A stretch of DNA of 64,000 nucleotides from Vairimorpha necatrix (taxonomy: Eukaryota), in contig CP142727.1 of assembly GCA_036630325.1 (NCBI GenBank), positions 1,426,001 through 1,490,000 on the forward strand, read 5' to 3'. The stretch's first letter is position 1; each line of letters begins with the position of its first letter. Below the pieces are notes generated by a model. The model searched no databases, was not told the DNA's origin, and was given only the letters and a program-made list of their open reading frames with translations. Both the position numbers and the translations under genes were made by a program. Shown here in pieces: positions 23,954-39,289 of this stretch.

Positions 23954-25749
23954 TGTCACCGTCCGGAGCGGACGCAAGGGAAAATGCTTACTTGAGAAGG
24001 GTAAAAAATTAAGTAAAAAAATATCCGTCCGGAGCGGACGCAGGGGAAAATGCTTATTTGAGAAGGGTAAAAAATTAAGTAAAAAAATCGTTGGTTTTTC
24101 TTTGTAATTTGTATATAAAAATTATTTAATTTTAGGGGCATGAAAATAAAATTGGATAACAATGAAAGACAAGAAGTTTTTGTCTTTTTACAGACTGGTA
24201 TCGTTCCAACAAGGTTGGTTGAAAGACAAGCAAGAGACGCTTTTAGGAAAAAAAGCAAAAAAATTTATTTTTTTTGAGGAAGTAATTGATGGTATCACAG
24301 AGCTCACGGTGAGATTTAAAGTAGGTCTATATAAATCGTTAAGATTCTTTACCACCAACGAGCAACGTTTTAAAATTGATCCACGTCTCAAATGGGCATG
24401 CGGGACGGGACAGATTGTTTCCATTATTGCAAACAAAAGTCTACGACGCAACCAAAAACGATATCCAAAGAGTTTTGAATAGCTGTGAAATATGTCAATC
24501 AAAGAGAAATCTAGTAACTAGACCAGTTATTAGACCAATTGTATCAAAATATCCAAGGGAAAGATATGTTGCAGACTTGATTGATCTCCGGCTATATCAC
24601 GAACTCAATGAAGGATATAAATGGTTATTAAATGTTGTAGATTCTTTTACCAAATTTTGTTGGACGGTACCACTGCTTGACAAAACAGGTATTAGCGTAG
24701 GGAATGCTTTTGAAACATTGTTTAGGACGTTTGGCCCTTGTTTTATACTTCATACTGATAACGGCAGAGAATTTGTAAATCAAGTACTTGTCGATTTATG
24801 TCAGAAATATGAAATAAGACACGTAAGGGGGAGAGCTAGATGTCCATGGATACAAGGACAGATAGAACGATGCAATCAAACAATAAAGTGGATGATTGCA
24901 TCCACTCTCAGGACAAAAAATATTATGGTGCAATGGACCAAGGTAAGAGAAGAAGTTACCTGGTCATATAATAATTTAAGACACTCTACTACGAGACAAA
25001 CACCATTCTCTTTAATGTTTGATAGGCCCATTAGGGAAATAATGGACGAGTCTAGAATCACAGGCATTCTAGATTCGATTAATAGCGAAAATCATGAACA
25101 AGAGTTAGAGGACGAAGAACGCACTGGAGAAAGTTTATCAGATGTTCTAGATGGCAATACCAATGAAGAAATACAGCAACTCTATGCTCTTAATAACACA
25201 AATCTTTTTTTAAATGAAATTTATCATGATGCAGCTAGAATTCATACACAAACTGCTGCAGATAGAATGGTGCAAAGAAGTATGTGGAGAAATGATTTTT
25301 TAGAATTTAAAATTGGTGATAGAGTTTTTATAAGACCTTATCTGGACAACAATGTCAATACCAGAAGACATTCGCTTTATGAACATTTAGATGCGGAAAT
25401 CTATGTTGTAGCCGACATAATACAATTTAATAAAGTGAAATTATGCAGAGAAGATGATAATGGAATTATTTTAGATGAAATAAGTACTAGGGATCTTAGG
25501 TTGCTTGGAAATGAATAAAGTACTAAAAATTTTGTTTATTTTTTTTTCTCTTTTTTTCATTATTCCTTCCCATTATTATAAAAATAAAACAAAAATATAC
25601 CCCTAAAAACTCGTGACAAAATTTGGGCAGTCATTTAAGAGAAAATTTATTTTTTCTTATTTTTTGGTTCGATCCTCACTGAAGAGATTTTTTTTAATTT
25701 TTTACCCCTTGCGTCCGCTGCGGACGGGCGTCCGCTCCGGACTGTGACA
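23954..25749 (+). mobile_element. Ginger2/TDD-like DNA transposon with a retroviral-type integrase
   Basis: TIRs TGTCACCGTCCGGAGCGGACGC...GCGTCCGCTCCGGACTGTGACA; perfect 5-bp TSD CTACA; single integrase gene and no RT. Confidence 0.9.
24140..25518 (+). pseudogene. HHCC/DDE (rve) integrase-like transposase, KRBA2/SCAND3-like, with two apparent frameshifts (~24250 A-run and ~24370)
   Basis: MKIKLDNNERQEVFVFLQTG...FRKK/AKKF.../IHVSNGH...CEIC, ADLID, VVDSFTKF, HTDNGREF, QGQIERCNQTIK. GGGG precedes the ATG at 24140. Confidence 0.85.
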
Positions 25750-28454
25750 CTACATATTCTGATTTGACAAAAGCATGATAAAAATGAGAGTCCTTAACGA
25801 CTTAGAAAAATTTAACTTGTCAATCAGACATGGGCAGATTCTGAGCAGGAAAGCGTGTTTTAAGCCCAATAAGAGAATTTTAGAAACCATCTCGGGAACA
25901 GATGAAGAGATTTTGAGTGCATTTTGTGAAGGTAATCAGTAATATGATATTATACACAAATTGATCATACTGCTTTGATTAAATAATAGGGAAAGAAAAA
26001 AATATAATATATTTTAAAATGGTATATATTAATATGGTAATAAAAAATGATAGCTATTAATCGATGCTTATAAAATCTTTAATTAATGCTAATAAAATAA
26101 GTTAATCAGAAAAAAGTATCTTAAACAAAATATGACTTTACTTTTTTTAATTAAATTTTTTTTGTTGTGATGCACTTATATTATAGAAACACTTAATGAA
26201 TTCTAGTGCAAAACTTTTCGAAGTCAAATTAATTAGAAATCGAAAATTTCTTTCTTACAAATTAAATAATTTTTGTACATACAATATTTTTAAAAGCCTA
26301 GGTTCTAGTACATTCGTAATTTCCAGATATATAATATTTAATTTTAATCAATATTAATAGCGTATTACATATAGCTGATTATATTATAATTAGTCATAAA
26401 AAAATTTATAGAATTATGTAATATGGAAAGATGAATTGCTTTCGTAATTTTATGGATTTATTAACATCTATACGACCAATAAAGCTGTTAACCACTTAAG
26501 TTTGTTGTAAATCTAATATCTAACATGCGTATAAATTGTTTGTAGAATCATTTAATTATATTATATAATGTGTAACGATATTATAAGTCAAAAATTTTAA
26601 TTATAAGATTTTAAAAAGCAAAATGCAAATGTAAATGATAGAAGTTTTAATGTATAAGAACGATCCTTAAATAGAAAAAATTAATAGATTGCGCTTACCA
26701 TTATGTGTTTTGTAAAAAATTTAATAACAGAGATGAAAATACTATTACATATAATAAGAGGATTCAATGCACTAAATACTATTTCGAGTACCATCTTCCT
26801 AGCAGATAATACAAAGTGAATAAAAGATTTAACGATGATAATCTATACGCTTTTAATATATTTTGAAATATTAGTAGATAATCATAGAGTTCATTGTGTA
26901 TAGATAGGATAAATTTTTTCAATTATACAATATTTTAAGTTGCTGAAGGAGATATTAAAATTACCAAATTTAAAATCGCAAACAACACTTTGTTCGATTT
27001 TAAATAAAAATTTACGAACTTTTTTATATTCATAATTTCACTATTATTAAATTATTTAATCTGTTCATTATTTTTGCATTTGTATTAACAAAACAAATGT
27101 TTTTTTAAACTAATTCAATAATTTAATGAAGCACATCTGAATTATAGAGGAAATTATTCATCTTAATGATCGTCAATACTTACAAAAGTATGAAACGCTT
27201 AAATATCATATTGCACAATCTTTTAACAGTATATTTTACTATATTGAGAAATAAATGATCTAATGTCTCGAAAAAATAGTATTGTAACAAATTTAAATAT
27301 CTTTTGTTAATCATCAAAATTTAATTTAGCAATCATACATACCAACCCTTATGCCAGTACATATTTTACATTATGAGTAGTCTTTTATAAATATACTCCC
27401 TAATTTATATTGGTTGTGTATAATTATTTATCTATTGATTAATTTAAGCAGGACTTTTTCGTAATCAAAATTCAAAAGCATATATTATATATCATAACAC
27501 TTACTTAAAAATGCTCAAAGTCAATACAAATATGCCGAAATATATATTATTTCTTTCTTATATTCTACCATATATTTTTTTATTAATAAAATTACAAATT
27601 TGTAAAATTGTGCATATTTTATAAACAACTATACAAGATTCTTAACCAGAGTAAGTTCAGTATTTCTATAATTAATAGGTCATTAATAAATTTATCTAAT
27701 TGATTACGAAAAATTCTTAGTCTTACGTTAAAATCTTTCGAAATATTAGAAAAACTTAATTGCTTGATCATTAAACACACATACAAGCAAACAAAAGGTC
27801 TTTATATATTTAAAATTTATGTAAAAATCCTATTTAATATTTTAATACTTATTATATACTTTCCTATTATTAATCTATTTTTCTAACTTATTTCTATGTG
27901 TGATCTCACGATATTATAAGGGCTCTTATTTATTGCCATAAATAAACAAATGGAAATTCGCGTATAAATCCTGAAATGTGTAAAAAACATTTAAGACTAT
28001 TATAATAATTATAGATATGGAATGCATAAAAATTCCTTCATCAGTATAAATTTATATAAAATAACCATTTATTAACCAAATTGATAATCTTGTAGTTAAA
28101 GTATCAAAAAACATCTTGTCTATTACTTTTAAATTTTATTCTAACAATATATAATTATTTATGTTAAATTCAAACTAGAAAAATATATTTACGCTTGAAA
28201 AGTAAAATAAAAACAAACAAATATAAAATAAATAATTATGTCTAATCGTTTTTATATTTAAAACGAAAAAATTTCAGCTGTAAAATATTTTATAAAATAC
28301 AAATCATTTAAAGATAAAAAGAAATATTTATTTTTATATGCCTATAAATATTATATGAATTTTAGCATATAAATTACGTTTTATTTTCTTACATATCAAC
28401 ATTCTAAAATTATGGAAATTTTTCAAGCACTTTGGACTTTAGTAAGATACTACT

Positions 28455-28741
28455 TGTGGTATTATTTACCACATTATTATATTTTCCCTCCAAATGAATT
28501 TTCTAGAATTTATTTTTTAAAAATATTTTCTTTTTATTTTTAACACACAAAAAATATGTCGAGAAGAACAGAGGAGTCTAGAGAACAGCAGTATCAATCA
28601 CTGCATCCCCAGAAGAGGGAAGACAATGATCAAGGAGGCAGATTAAATAAATACAACATTAATTATAACCAAACTTTAATACCCGGGAGAAGCATCATAG
28701 AATGCTATCTGAGGAACGGCTAACTCCCGGGTAATACCTCA
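28455..28741 (+). mobile_element. Solo LTR (287 bp)
   Basis: TGTGGTATTA...TAATACCTCA termini; perfect 5-bp TSD CTACT; close match to the LTRs at 51469 and 53156. Confidence 0.93.
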
Positions 28742-30540
28742 CTACTGCAAATGATTTTAATTAAATTTTTACTAAATATCAATTGTGCTGTCAAAATAAA
28801 TTTTCATTTGTAAGAAAATAAAAGTTTTTATATAATCAAATTTTTACTGTTATATAAAATCGAACACTCTAAACATATATATTTACATATTTCTTTTTAA
28901 TTTTCACAAAGCCTTGTATTTCTCTTCTTATATTTAACTAGAATTAAGGGTAAAGATTAAAAAAAATAAACTTTAAGAATTAGTATACATGCGTTTTATT
29001 GCAATATTAATACAATATATAATGTATTAGACATAGATGTGAAAAAAAATATTGACATGTCACGTGAGTTGATTTATAATTAACATAGTATTTATAATAT
29101 AATCTGTATTTACTATTATATCGCTCTAAACAAATTTGAAAACAAAATTTTAATTGTATAAATTGTAACTCTGTACATATTGAAAGGACTGGTTGTTACA
29201 GTATCTGATGAAAATGTAAATTGCCTTTAATACAACAAAACAAACATTATGTAGCCACAGTTTATTATAAAAAAGCCGTAATTTAAAAAATTCGTTCAGG
29301 ATCCTCTTAGAATGAAAAAATATATAGATCGAATTTTTAAAATTATGTTAACTTAATAGTTTGTTAATAATACAATGATTTTTTTAAATTATATCAATAA
29401 TATTGCACAAGGATTTCTCCAAATTTGTTTTACTATTATGTTTTTATGTAAAATTTGATTCTTTATATAGATACAATTAAGAAGTATAGGTTTAAACGGC
29501 TATTTATATATTTGTGTAGGCTAAATTATTTAAATATCAGAGATAGCAAATATTTTATAAAATTTTTAAAATAAAAAATTGTACATAATCTTTTATGACT
29601 CTATTACTATTTGCAGGTTATTTTTTACAGAAAAGACCTAGTATTTGTATTAAAACAGAAAAAATTATACTTAAATAAAGGTCATAACAAATCTACCAAA
29701 AAAGCCATTGTAATGCACAAGTAAATTTAATATAACACAATCATGAACATATAAAGTAAAGATTGAATTATAAATGCGTATAATCCGTAATTACAAAAAA
29801 ATGATATTAAAGCTACTTTATTTCAAAACATGTTTATATTATAAAAATCAAAGTGTTTATAAGAACGTCATATATATAGTAAAATCTAATATACTATGTT
29901 TTCGTTAACTTTATAAGTATTGTTAACTCTAATTTCGACACTAACGAAAACAGCCCATGTCATAACTCGTTTTCATAATAATTAAATCATTAAAACAAAG
30001 ATATTATTGTGTTTTTGATTGAATTTAAAAAAAATGCCACGATAAATAGAATCAATATATATATATATCGTGTTTGTTTTGCTATATTTAACTTGTCATT
30101 ACATCGGAATAACTTTTTTGTATTGTCTTAAGACTTGCTTAAGGCTTTTTTAGTTACTTTAAAATTACACCTACCACGCTTGTACAAATGATTTAATAAA
30201 TTTTTATATTTCTATTGATATTAGAAAATTTGGTGCATCATTTATAATAATAGTACTGAGGTAAAATTTTTTTATAAATATTGCATGAATATTTTTGAGT
30301 TTTCCACTACACTATATATTTTATCTATCTAAATTAGCTTAAACATGATATATTGACACAACACATAATTAACAAACAACATTAGCTTTTTAACTGTATG
30401 AAAAAAATTTTAAACGAGAAAAGGAAAAATCAGATAATTTTTCTTATTATCGCGGTTATAAAAATACTTAAATTATATTTTCTTGTTTTAAAAATATAAT
30501 TTATATATATATTTAATATCTCCTTTAAACCGATAAGTAT

Positions 30541-30880
30541 AGAAATACGATGTTTTTACAAACGAACTGTGCTTAGTATGGTTTTAAAACAGAAATAATT
30601 CCCTACATAATCACCTGCGACGGTATAGTGACTAAGTTTTACAAATCTTTTACAAGTGACTTAGAATCCCTAAGACAGTACAAGCTTATATCTAGACTAT
30701 CAAGCTAAAGAAGATGAAAGAATGTGTATCTCTGAAATTACTAATTCGAGGAGACGAAGCTGATGTTGAAAGGACCATAGAGCGGATGCTTCCTACAAGC
30801 AGAAGACGCCAACTCAAATCATATTCTTGTTTAATTAGAAGTATTAACACTAGTATACACAAATTAATTTTATTATGCAT
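30541..30880 (+). mobile_element. Decayed 3' fragment of an RLE-type non-LTR retrotransposon (second family)
   Basis: Broken translation KYDVFTNEL...TEIIPYIITCDGIVTKF...QAYI aligns with KYDLLANEL...TRIVPYVMTWDGVVTKY...EAYI of the 50206 ORF. Shares a 3' motif with the fragments at 39385 and 51256. Confidence 0.75.
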
Positions 30881-33800
30881 ATTTTCTTTGTATAAAAAAA
30901 ACTTTCTTACAAATTAATTTGAAATACGTTGGGACTTTTCTAGAAAAACCTATAAGTTGTTATTTTTGTATTTTGATTCAGGAAAATTTATATGAATAAT
31001 CTTCTCAATTACTTTCTTTTGTTATTTAAGAAATTAATGTATCAGAAATTAAATAAAATTTTATAAGTTGAAACTTTAGAAACACAATGAATAGATTACT
31101 ACATTTCATATAAAAAAAAATTTCGTTATATTAATTTTTTTTAAAACATATACTTAGAATTTCTAAGTCAAGAAATATTTTACATACAAACGGTGTTTAT
31201 TATGAATTTTCAGATTTAAAACACATGTTTTACTGAACAACTTATTATTAATTTTTTTCTCAACTTAATGTACTACTAATTCTTTTTTATTTCAATTATA
31301 TATTTCATATGATAAAATATGATTATCTCATATATATATATAAACACAAAGTAATAGAATAACAATGCTCATATGACTTATACCCTAAACAATGAACATT
31401 TTATACACTTCAAAGTAAAATTATAATCAAATATTTACAATATGTATTGTCAATATAAAAAAGACAGAAAACCTAAAAAATTAATAAATTAAAATACTAA
31501 TTTTATCATTGAAAATAAAAACAATAAAAATTTAAAAATAAATAATAAATATGTCGCATTTTTAAATAAATATCAAAAATAGATTTTAAAAGTTTAGTAA
31601 ATTAACTAAAAATACATCTATATAAGTACCAATTAGAAGACTAAGTATAATGTTGATAGTAGCCGTTTTTTATGAATAATTTAGTATGCAGTAAAATATA
31701 AAGTTCTAAATATAGAGTGATTTTTGAAATATAAACTTTAAAACATATAAGAGCACATTCACAATACGAATTGGTTTATACTTTTTAGAATCGACTATTC
31801 ATAATGTAAACTTGAGTACATTAGTCTGAACTATTTTAGATTTTAAAAGAAGCCTATACAATAAAATAATATCGAGTATTATAAAACAAAACTTATATTC
31901 AGCAACAATGATAAAGAGAATTAGAACACATCAGATAGTCGTTATAGATATCACGCTAAAAAATTAACCGAATAAAAGATTTAATATTATTTGATACTGA
32001 AACGAAAAGAATATGCATACGAGTCGACTGGTATAAATTATACACATACTACAGTACATAAAAAAACATAAGATAAATTGTTTCAAATATCTATGGTAAA
32101 TTTATTTAACTTAAATTCATATTTAAATAAACAAATTACTAGAAGCTATAAATTCTTTAAAATCTTGCAAATCAATTTATTTTATGGCAAATATATCTTC
32201 ATTAAGTCATATAATACATCAATATAAATATACATGAATAAAAATCAAATTTTCTGATTAAAGTTAATAAAAGATATTAAAAATTACGCTGTATAATTAT
32301 GATTTAAATATTCAAATTATGGTACAATATGTTTAAAAGTTAGGTATTACCTAATTAAATGTATTTAGATTATATTGCCTTTACGAGTGGTGTAAGATTG
32401 AATAAATTTAATAACACAAATAAAAAAGAGTTTATAAACAGAGAAAAAATTTATTAGTAACAAAACAATATGATATTTAAACAAAATGAATTTTTTGAAT
32501 CTAAAATTTTTTAACAATGAAAATAAATCCTCATAGACAATAAAGCATTCAAAAGTTCTTGTATGGACAAAGAATAGATAAAGATATTGTTATCGAATAA
32601 GTAATTTGTGATGTTTAAAGATCTCAAAATTTTCATTCAAATATTTGAATTCGTCAAGTTATATTGAAGTAATTAATTTTTTTTGAATAAAAAAGGGAAG
32701 AAGTAAATTTAAAAAAATCGAAATATTATATACAAAAGGAATTGTTAAAAAAATAAAATAGAAATTAATATAATTACAAAAAAATATATATTAAATTATT
32801 TCTTTTGTTACTAGAACTTGTCTTAAAATAGTCGTTGTAGCTTAAAAACTGCGAGCTCCATTATTGACAGTTTAATATTTTTCAAATTCACAGTATTTAA
32901 AACTTTTGTATTTATCTTAAAGCAACATGAAAAGAAAAGTATAAACTGAAAGACATTTAAATATTAAAAATTGTGGTTTATATTATCTTCATTTACGGAA
33001 AAAAAAAAGTATATAAAGATTATCAAAAAAGACTTTTTATAAAAAACAAATATGAACGATCATAATAGTAATAGTATATAATAATTTTACTAGAACTTTG
33101 TAATGAAATTTTTTTTCTTCTGTAAATTGGCTTTAAAAAGTTTATCTTTATGAGAAACCTTTTTTTTTTTGTATTTTCGTGTTTGTTGGTCCGTATGTAT
33201 TTTCTTTTTTCTGATCAAAAGTCTGCAAAGTGCACAGAATTTTTTTGTTTAAAATATATATGAGTTATGTAAACAATATATATACGATAAAAAGATTTAT
33301 CTATGAAAAATAAACTAATTAAGTAAAAACAAAATGAGTACAATTGTTTTGACGTTAAAAAATATTACTTATATTGTTTTTAACCAAAATAGCAAGACCA
33401 ACGATGAAAAATTTTACATCATATATATGATAAGTAAAACATGCGTATAATCGAAATACCTGTTCTTGTACACATTTAAAGTTTAATTAAAAACATAAAG
33501 AAATAATAAAGTAAATGCCCCAAATACTATAGGAAAATCTAAAAATCATATGAGATGGAAATTGAAAATTAATAGAAAAATATATTATACATATCTAATA
33601 ATAATATAGAACAAATAATGTTTATTTTTATATTACATTTCTTGATTTTATATGTTTGCTTTATATAAAAATGCGTTTTTAAAGTCTTCTTTTTATTAAT
33701 GCACATATTCGTAAATTCAAATGTATTCATATTTAATTCAAACCCATTGTTTCGGAATTATTATGCTAAAGATGTCAAGAGGATAATCTAATTCGTCCAG

Positions 33801-34072
33801 AACATCTGTCATTTAAATATATGATTTTAATGTTTTTTAAGATAAGACATTATGACTGCAGAATGAATTTAAAAAATAAACTTATACAATAATAATACGA
33901 TAAATGAATCATTTAAACATACAAATTTAACTTTTATTAATTTAGTGATAACTAACATCGCTTATAGATATTACTTATTGTTTTTGAACTGCTAATATTA
34001 AAAATTTTATCATTTTTTTGTTGAGAATATATATTTAATAAATTTAACCCTTAACTTACAATTATCTTTAAC

Positions 34073-34620
34073 ATGGTGGACAATAAAAAAAATGATCGAA
34101 CCCAAACATAAACAAAAGAAAAGGTTGTAAGTTCCGCCGAGGCATGAGACGTAAAAAAAATGCAGTATATGACAGATTGGGGTGTTGGATGTCTAACAGA
34201 AGAGAAGGTGATGTCTTGCATATGTGAAGACTTAGAGTAGCTATGGATTGTTATTTGAAACAGTTTTGATCTTGTAAGATCTGACATAAAAGTTGTCGAT
34301 ATTGAGGGTAGTGGTAATCACCATTAATATTAAAGCTATCGTGGGAAGATAGCTGAACCACCAGTATTCGAAATCCAGAGAGAATTAAAAACAGAAGAAA
34401 AACAACAAAAAAATTGTGTTGTAAATAAATAATGAAATAGATAGATAAAATCATGGTTCCAATGTTAAGAAGACATGTTAAAAATAATCCCATGCCCATC
34501 GATGAAATTTTTTTTACGCGGAAAAGAAAGAACCGTAAAGACCAAAACAAGAAAAGATATTAAGATGCAAAAGAGTAAAGCACAGCATATGGTCTGTTAA
34601 CATAATAATGCACTTCTTTT
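34073..34620 (+). pseudogene. Possible decayed coding sequence of unknown origin
   Basis: Raised GC and a purine-rich plus strand. CCC at 34048, then ATG GTG GAC AAT with scattered stops. No motif recognised. Confidence 0.25.
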
Positions 34621-37606
34621 ATGAGAGCCAAGTAGTGAGCGAGTTAGTAGAAAAAAATATATAAAATACTTAGTTGTAGATTCAGCGCGGGATGTTGAAA
34701 ATATATATTTATAAATTATACCCTTCACATACAATTTTCTTTAACAATAAGCCTTAAATTATGTTATTTTTTCTTGTTTAAATAATTTTTTATAAATATC
34801 ACATTAACACACAACTATTTCTTGAATTTTTTCCCTATTAATCTTTATTCGCCTTCTTGTGCATATTTTTTATCCAAAAAATGAATCTGCTACTAAAATG
34901 TAAATTACAAACCCCCTCTTATATATTATATTAAATTTATTTGATTCAAATTTATAAAATATTATATAAAACCCATTATAATTCTATAAATTATATATAA
35001 AACAAGAAAATCTATAATAAAAGAAACATTTCATTTTTTATAAATTTAATAACAAGACAAAACAAAATTAAATTGTTACTCAGAAAAGAAATTTATTTTC
35101 TTAATTATGATATCAAGAAAAATATTAGAAATGTAAGTTTAAAGATTTAACAAATTTAATTAGATGTAATGGATTGTATTTTTGTAACAATTCGATCATA
35201 TTTAACAAACCTTATACTAAAGTTCAATTAAAATTCTAATCTCTACATTTATCTCCCTCTTATATGACCGAAACATTTTTTTGTACTATGAGGACTGACA
35301 CATCCTAGGCTTTCCAAAATCCTATCAATTATATAACTGTATTCACGGCTTTATGATCCCCTGATTTGGGTTCAGTAAATACTAGATCCAAATGAATCAA
35401 AAAAATCCAAAATCGCAAATACAATAGCGTTAAGCCATACATGTAAGTGGTATTTTTTACGAAAAGAACTAGTTCAAATATGAAAATAAAAGCTGCAATT
35501 CTTTAAAAATTGTAGATATTTATATATTAATGTTAATTGAAAATTTGTAATGGACTAAATTATTGATGAATATTGTATAGTGAACATAAACCTTATATTA
35601 AAGATATATGAATTCAAGACTCATTTAAAGATAGAAAAAATATCTGATTAAATCTAGAGTAATCTAGAGAACAAGGAAGTGCATTAAATTTATCTTTAGT
35701 ATGTGTAACATACATTTTATTAAAATTGTTAATATTTGTTAAGAAGATATTCAAGAACAAAAAAAGATCCTTTGTAGATAATGTTTTGAGAGTTGGTTAA
35801 ATGTTTAGATAAGTAAATGATTGCTATAGAAGAATATTTAAGATATCTACTTTTTATTAGATAATTTAATGTATCCAGCAAAATTTAAAATAAAATGCAA
35901 TATTAATACCATAAAATTCAGTTTACAAATTATTTTTGTTATCCATACAATTTATAAAAAAATAAAGAGATAATACAATTTACATTTATATACATCTTAC
36001 CTTCTTTTTTCGTTGCTGTGCATATACAAATAATCATAATATTAAAAATCTCAAATTTTGCTATCTATTATAATGAAATTTTTTTTTAAGAATTTGAATT
36101 ATCAAAATGACTTTTAATTTGATAGATACAGGTTATAGAAAGTAAAAAAAATTATGTACTAAAAATCATTGTGTTTACCGGAAAAATAAAACTATACATT
36201 TATTTAAAAATATAATAATACATTATTTTACGACTATAAAACTCATAAATATAATAATTCAATCTGATATGTCGATATTTTACATTTATACATTAATAGA
36301 TTTAATATTTTACATATGTCATATCTGCTTGTCTTTAAAATCGTATACTGGGAGTTCCTAACAAATCTTACAATGGACTTCAAAAAGATTCTATTTTATT
36401 TGCGCTTCGCCTTACCGAATTAGTTCTTATTAAAGTTTTATTATCGAAGGATAGTAATGTAGAACTTTTTGTAATTTTTTAAATCTCTGTTCTATATAGA
36501 TGACTTAGTACAAAATTTAGCTTGGGTCTATTGCATATATACTTAAAATATACATTATTTTGTTATAATTCAAATAGTTTATCTAAATGAATTAGATTAA
36601 AACGCTACAATAGACACTTCTAACATAAAATTATATTGCAATGAATGATATAATGTCATTATTAATGAATACAGCTTTATGATGAAAATTATTTTTTTAT
36701 TATTATTATGCATTAAACACTAAATCTTACTTTTAGAATGTTAATAATTATAATTGATCGAATTATAGACGATACTTTAAATAACAAATTGTTTATAATA
36801 TAAGTACGTATTTCAGGACAAATTTAATTTTGAATTTTTTTTAAAACTCAAACGAGAATGCATTATAAGAAATACGGCTAATTTAGTTTAGTAGGTGATA
36901 GACAGGGTAGTTTAGATAGGTTAGGTATTTACTATCTAGAAAAAAACTAATTTATAACTTTTGAAATAATTAAAGTCCGCAAAACAAAGCAATGCAAAGT
37001 ATTTTCTATTTATTTATATTTTTGTATATTTAGATGATCAATTATGGTTTGTTAGGCCCTTTAAATTTTTAGATGACCGATGTATGAAGAAGTTGTGCCA
37101 AAGAATTAACCATATTTTTAATAGTTAAATATAGGAATTCAACCTTTTAAATTGTAATTATAAAACAATAATATACTATATACACTATGAAGCCAAATTA
37201 TTAAAAAAGCTTTAACATAACGTATTTTAACAACAAACAGAAACATACTGTATCGAAATATTGGTTAATATAATCAAATCATTGGGGTACTAAGAAAAAC
37301 AGAACTTATACTCTTTTTATAAAACTAATTGTAAATATGTATATGTATATATAAGAAGGATAATGAACTTGAAAGAAGAAGAAAATTAACTTTACTTCTA
37401 AACAAAAAAAATTAACATGTATAGTATATGTATAAAGAGTTAAGAACTATGGGTTTTCTTGATGATATTTTTAAGAGAAAATAATTTTAGTTAATTTTTA
37501 TAGATAAGTAACTATAACTTTATAAACATATAAGAAGGAAATAACAATGTCGTAAAATTTAGAACATCTAAGACTACATATAAATCTATATTATTGGTAT
37601 ATAAGT

Positions 37607-37920
37607 GAACTTTGTGTGTCTTTTTTTGTTTTTGAGCCATTTAAAAGATTTGTTATTTTTTCATCTCCTTCCTGTATATATATATAAGAAGACAGATCTT
37701 GAAAAATATGAAAAAAATTTGAACAGCTAAAAAGGCATATAAATTTACATATTGTTATACAAGGACTTTTTGTGTGTCTTTATTTGTTTTTTAAGCATTT
37801 AGAAATTTGCCATTTTTCCATCTCTTTCTTGTATATATATATATATATATATATATAAGAAGACAAATATAGAAAAATATGAAAAAATTAAGAAGAGCTG
37901 AAAATGCATATAATTGTACG
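37607..37920. repeat. Diverged tandem duplication (~155-bp unit, 2 copies) with an internal (TA)n tract
   Basis: TTTGTGTGTCTTT...CATCTC...(TA)n AGAAGACA...GAAAAATATGAAAAAA...AGCT..AAA.GCATATAA occurs twice in tandem. Confidence 0.8.
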
Positions 37921-39289
37921 ATCTTATGTGATAACAAGGAATGTGTGTATATATATGCGTACTTTTTAGTTTATTGTTTCATCTTTTCTTTAAGTAAATC
38001 AAAGTATGTCCTTATTATGAAGATTTTAAAACAGAATGATTCTAAAAGTTTCTAATGTAACCGTGGGCGTTTTACGATTTAACATTCTAACATAAGAATA
38101 AAATTAATAAATGTATACTAATTGGTAAAAATTTTTATTATAATGATTAAATATTTTAAAAACTCCCAGAAACAACCTATATTTTAATTACAATTACATC
38201 TAAATATATATACAAATCTTTAAGTATCAGCAATATTTCTAATTTTTTTGGCAAATGGAAAGTATCTATGTATATTTTACATGAGAGAGATAATGAACAA
38301 AAAAAGGAGAAATTGACATCTCATAAAAACTAGTAAAAATAACATATGTAGTATATGTAAGTAAATTGTGAAGTTTTTTATTCTAATTAAAACCTTTATT
38401 ACATACATGATTTAAATTTTTTTAAAAAGTATCTATCTGCACATATATATATATATATATAAAAGTACAAAATAGAAAACTTAAAAATCAAGAAAAATAT
38501 ACATAAATATTAGTGCAGTGAAATTAATTGTATTGAAATAATAGAACTTTCTATATGGTAACATATAATATATAAGTATTTTTATGTAATTAAAACATTC
38601 AATTATATAATTTTTGCCGGTATCAACACATAGAATAAATAGATTTTGAATTAAACAAATCAGAATATAATTTGTGTATAAATCAATAACAAAGATTTTT
38701 TGAATCTATAGATGAATTCTTTATTTGGAATACATCGAGGTACATTAGAAAGAATATAATCGTGGATAAAAAACAACCAATACCCCATTGGAAACAATAC
38801 TTTATAAAAATACAACACTTTAACATAATATAAAACGAAATTTAAATATCATGAAGATTTTATATTTTATTTATTTAATACGAGGGAGCGATTATATAAA
38901 TGTATCGAGAATAAACACAATTTCTATTAAGAATAATAGCAAAATCTCATAAGTACGTATGTATGAATTTAACATTGAAATTATCTAAAAATTATAATTT
39001 TTATACATAAATGTAGATATTATCGTAGCCAATAAAATACTGATCAATCATATTCTCACAAATTGACAGATTTAATTGGCTACAAAAAGTATTTAAAATA
39101 ATTTCCAAAAGATGGCATGGAAAATAAAAAGAACAAATTGATATATTTCAAATAAATAACATCTAATAAAATCAAGATACTTATATTATATAATTATATA
39201 TAATTTTTTGCATAATTTAATGAGAATTTCTAAAAAAATAAGCTTGAATAAGAATTGTCATATTTATAAAAAATATGTTATGTCTAAAT

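Noticed and set aside
21619-25067. Small ORFs antisense to or overlapping pol and the Ginger integrase
   Set aside because: Shadow frames of transposon genes; 24162-24482 is partly the frameshifted integrase N-terminus.
34044-34060. piggyBac end (TTAA-CCCTT)
   Set aside because: No matching inverted end nearby and no piggyBac transposase motif; a GGGTTAA at ~58334 is too distant and short to pair.
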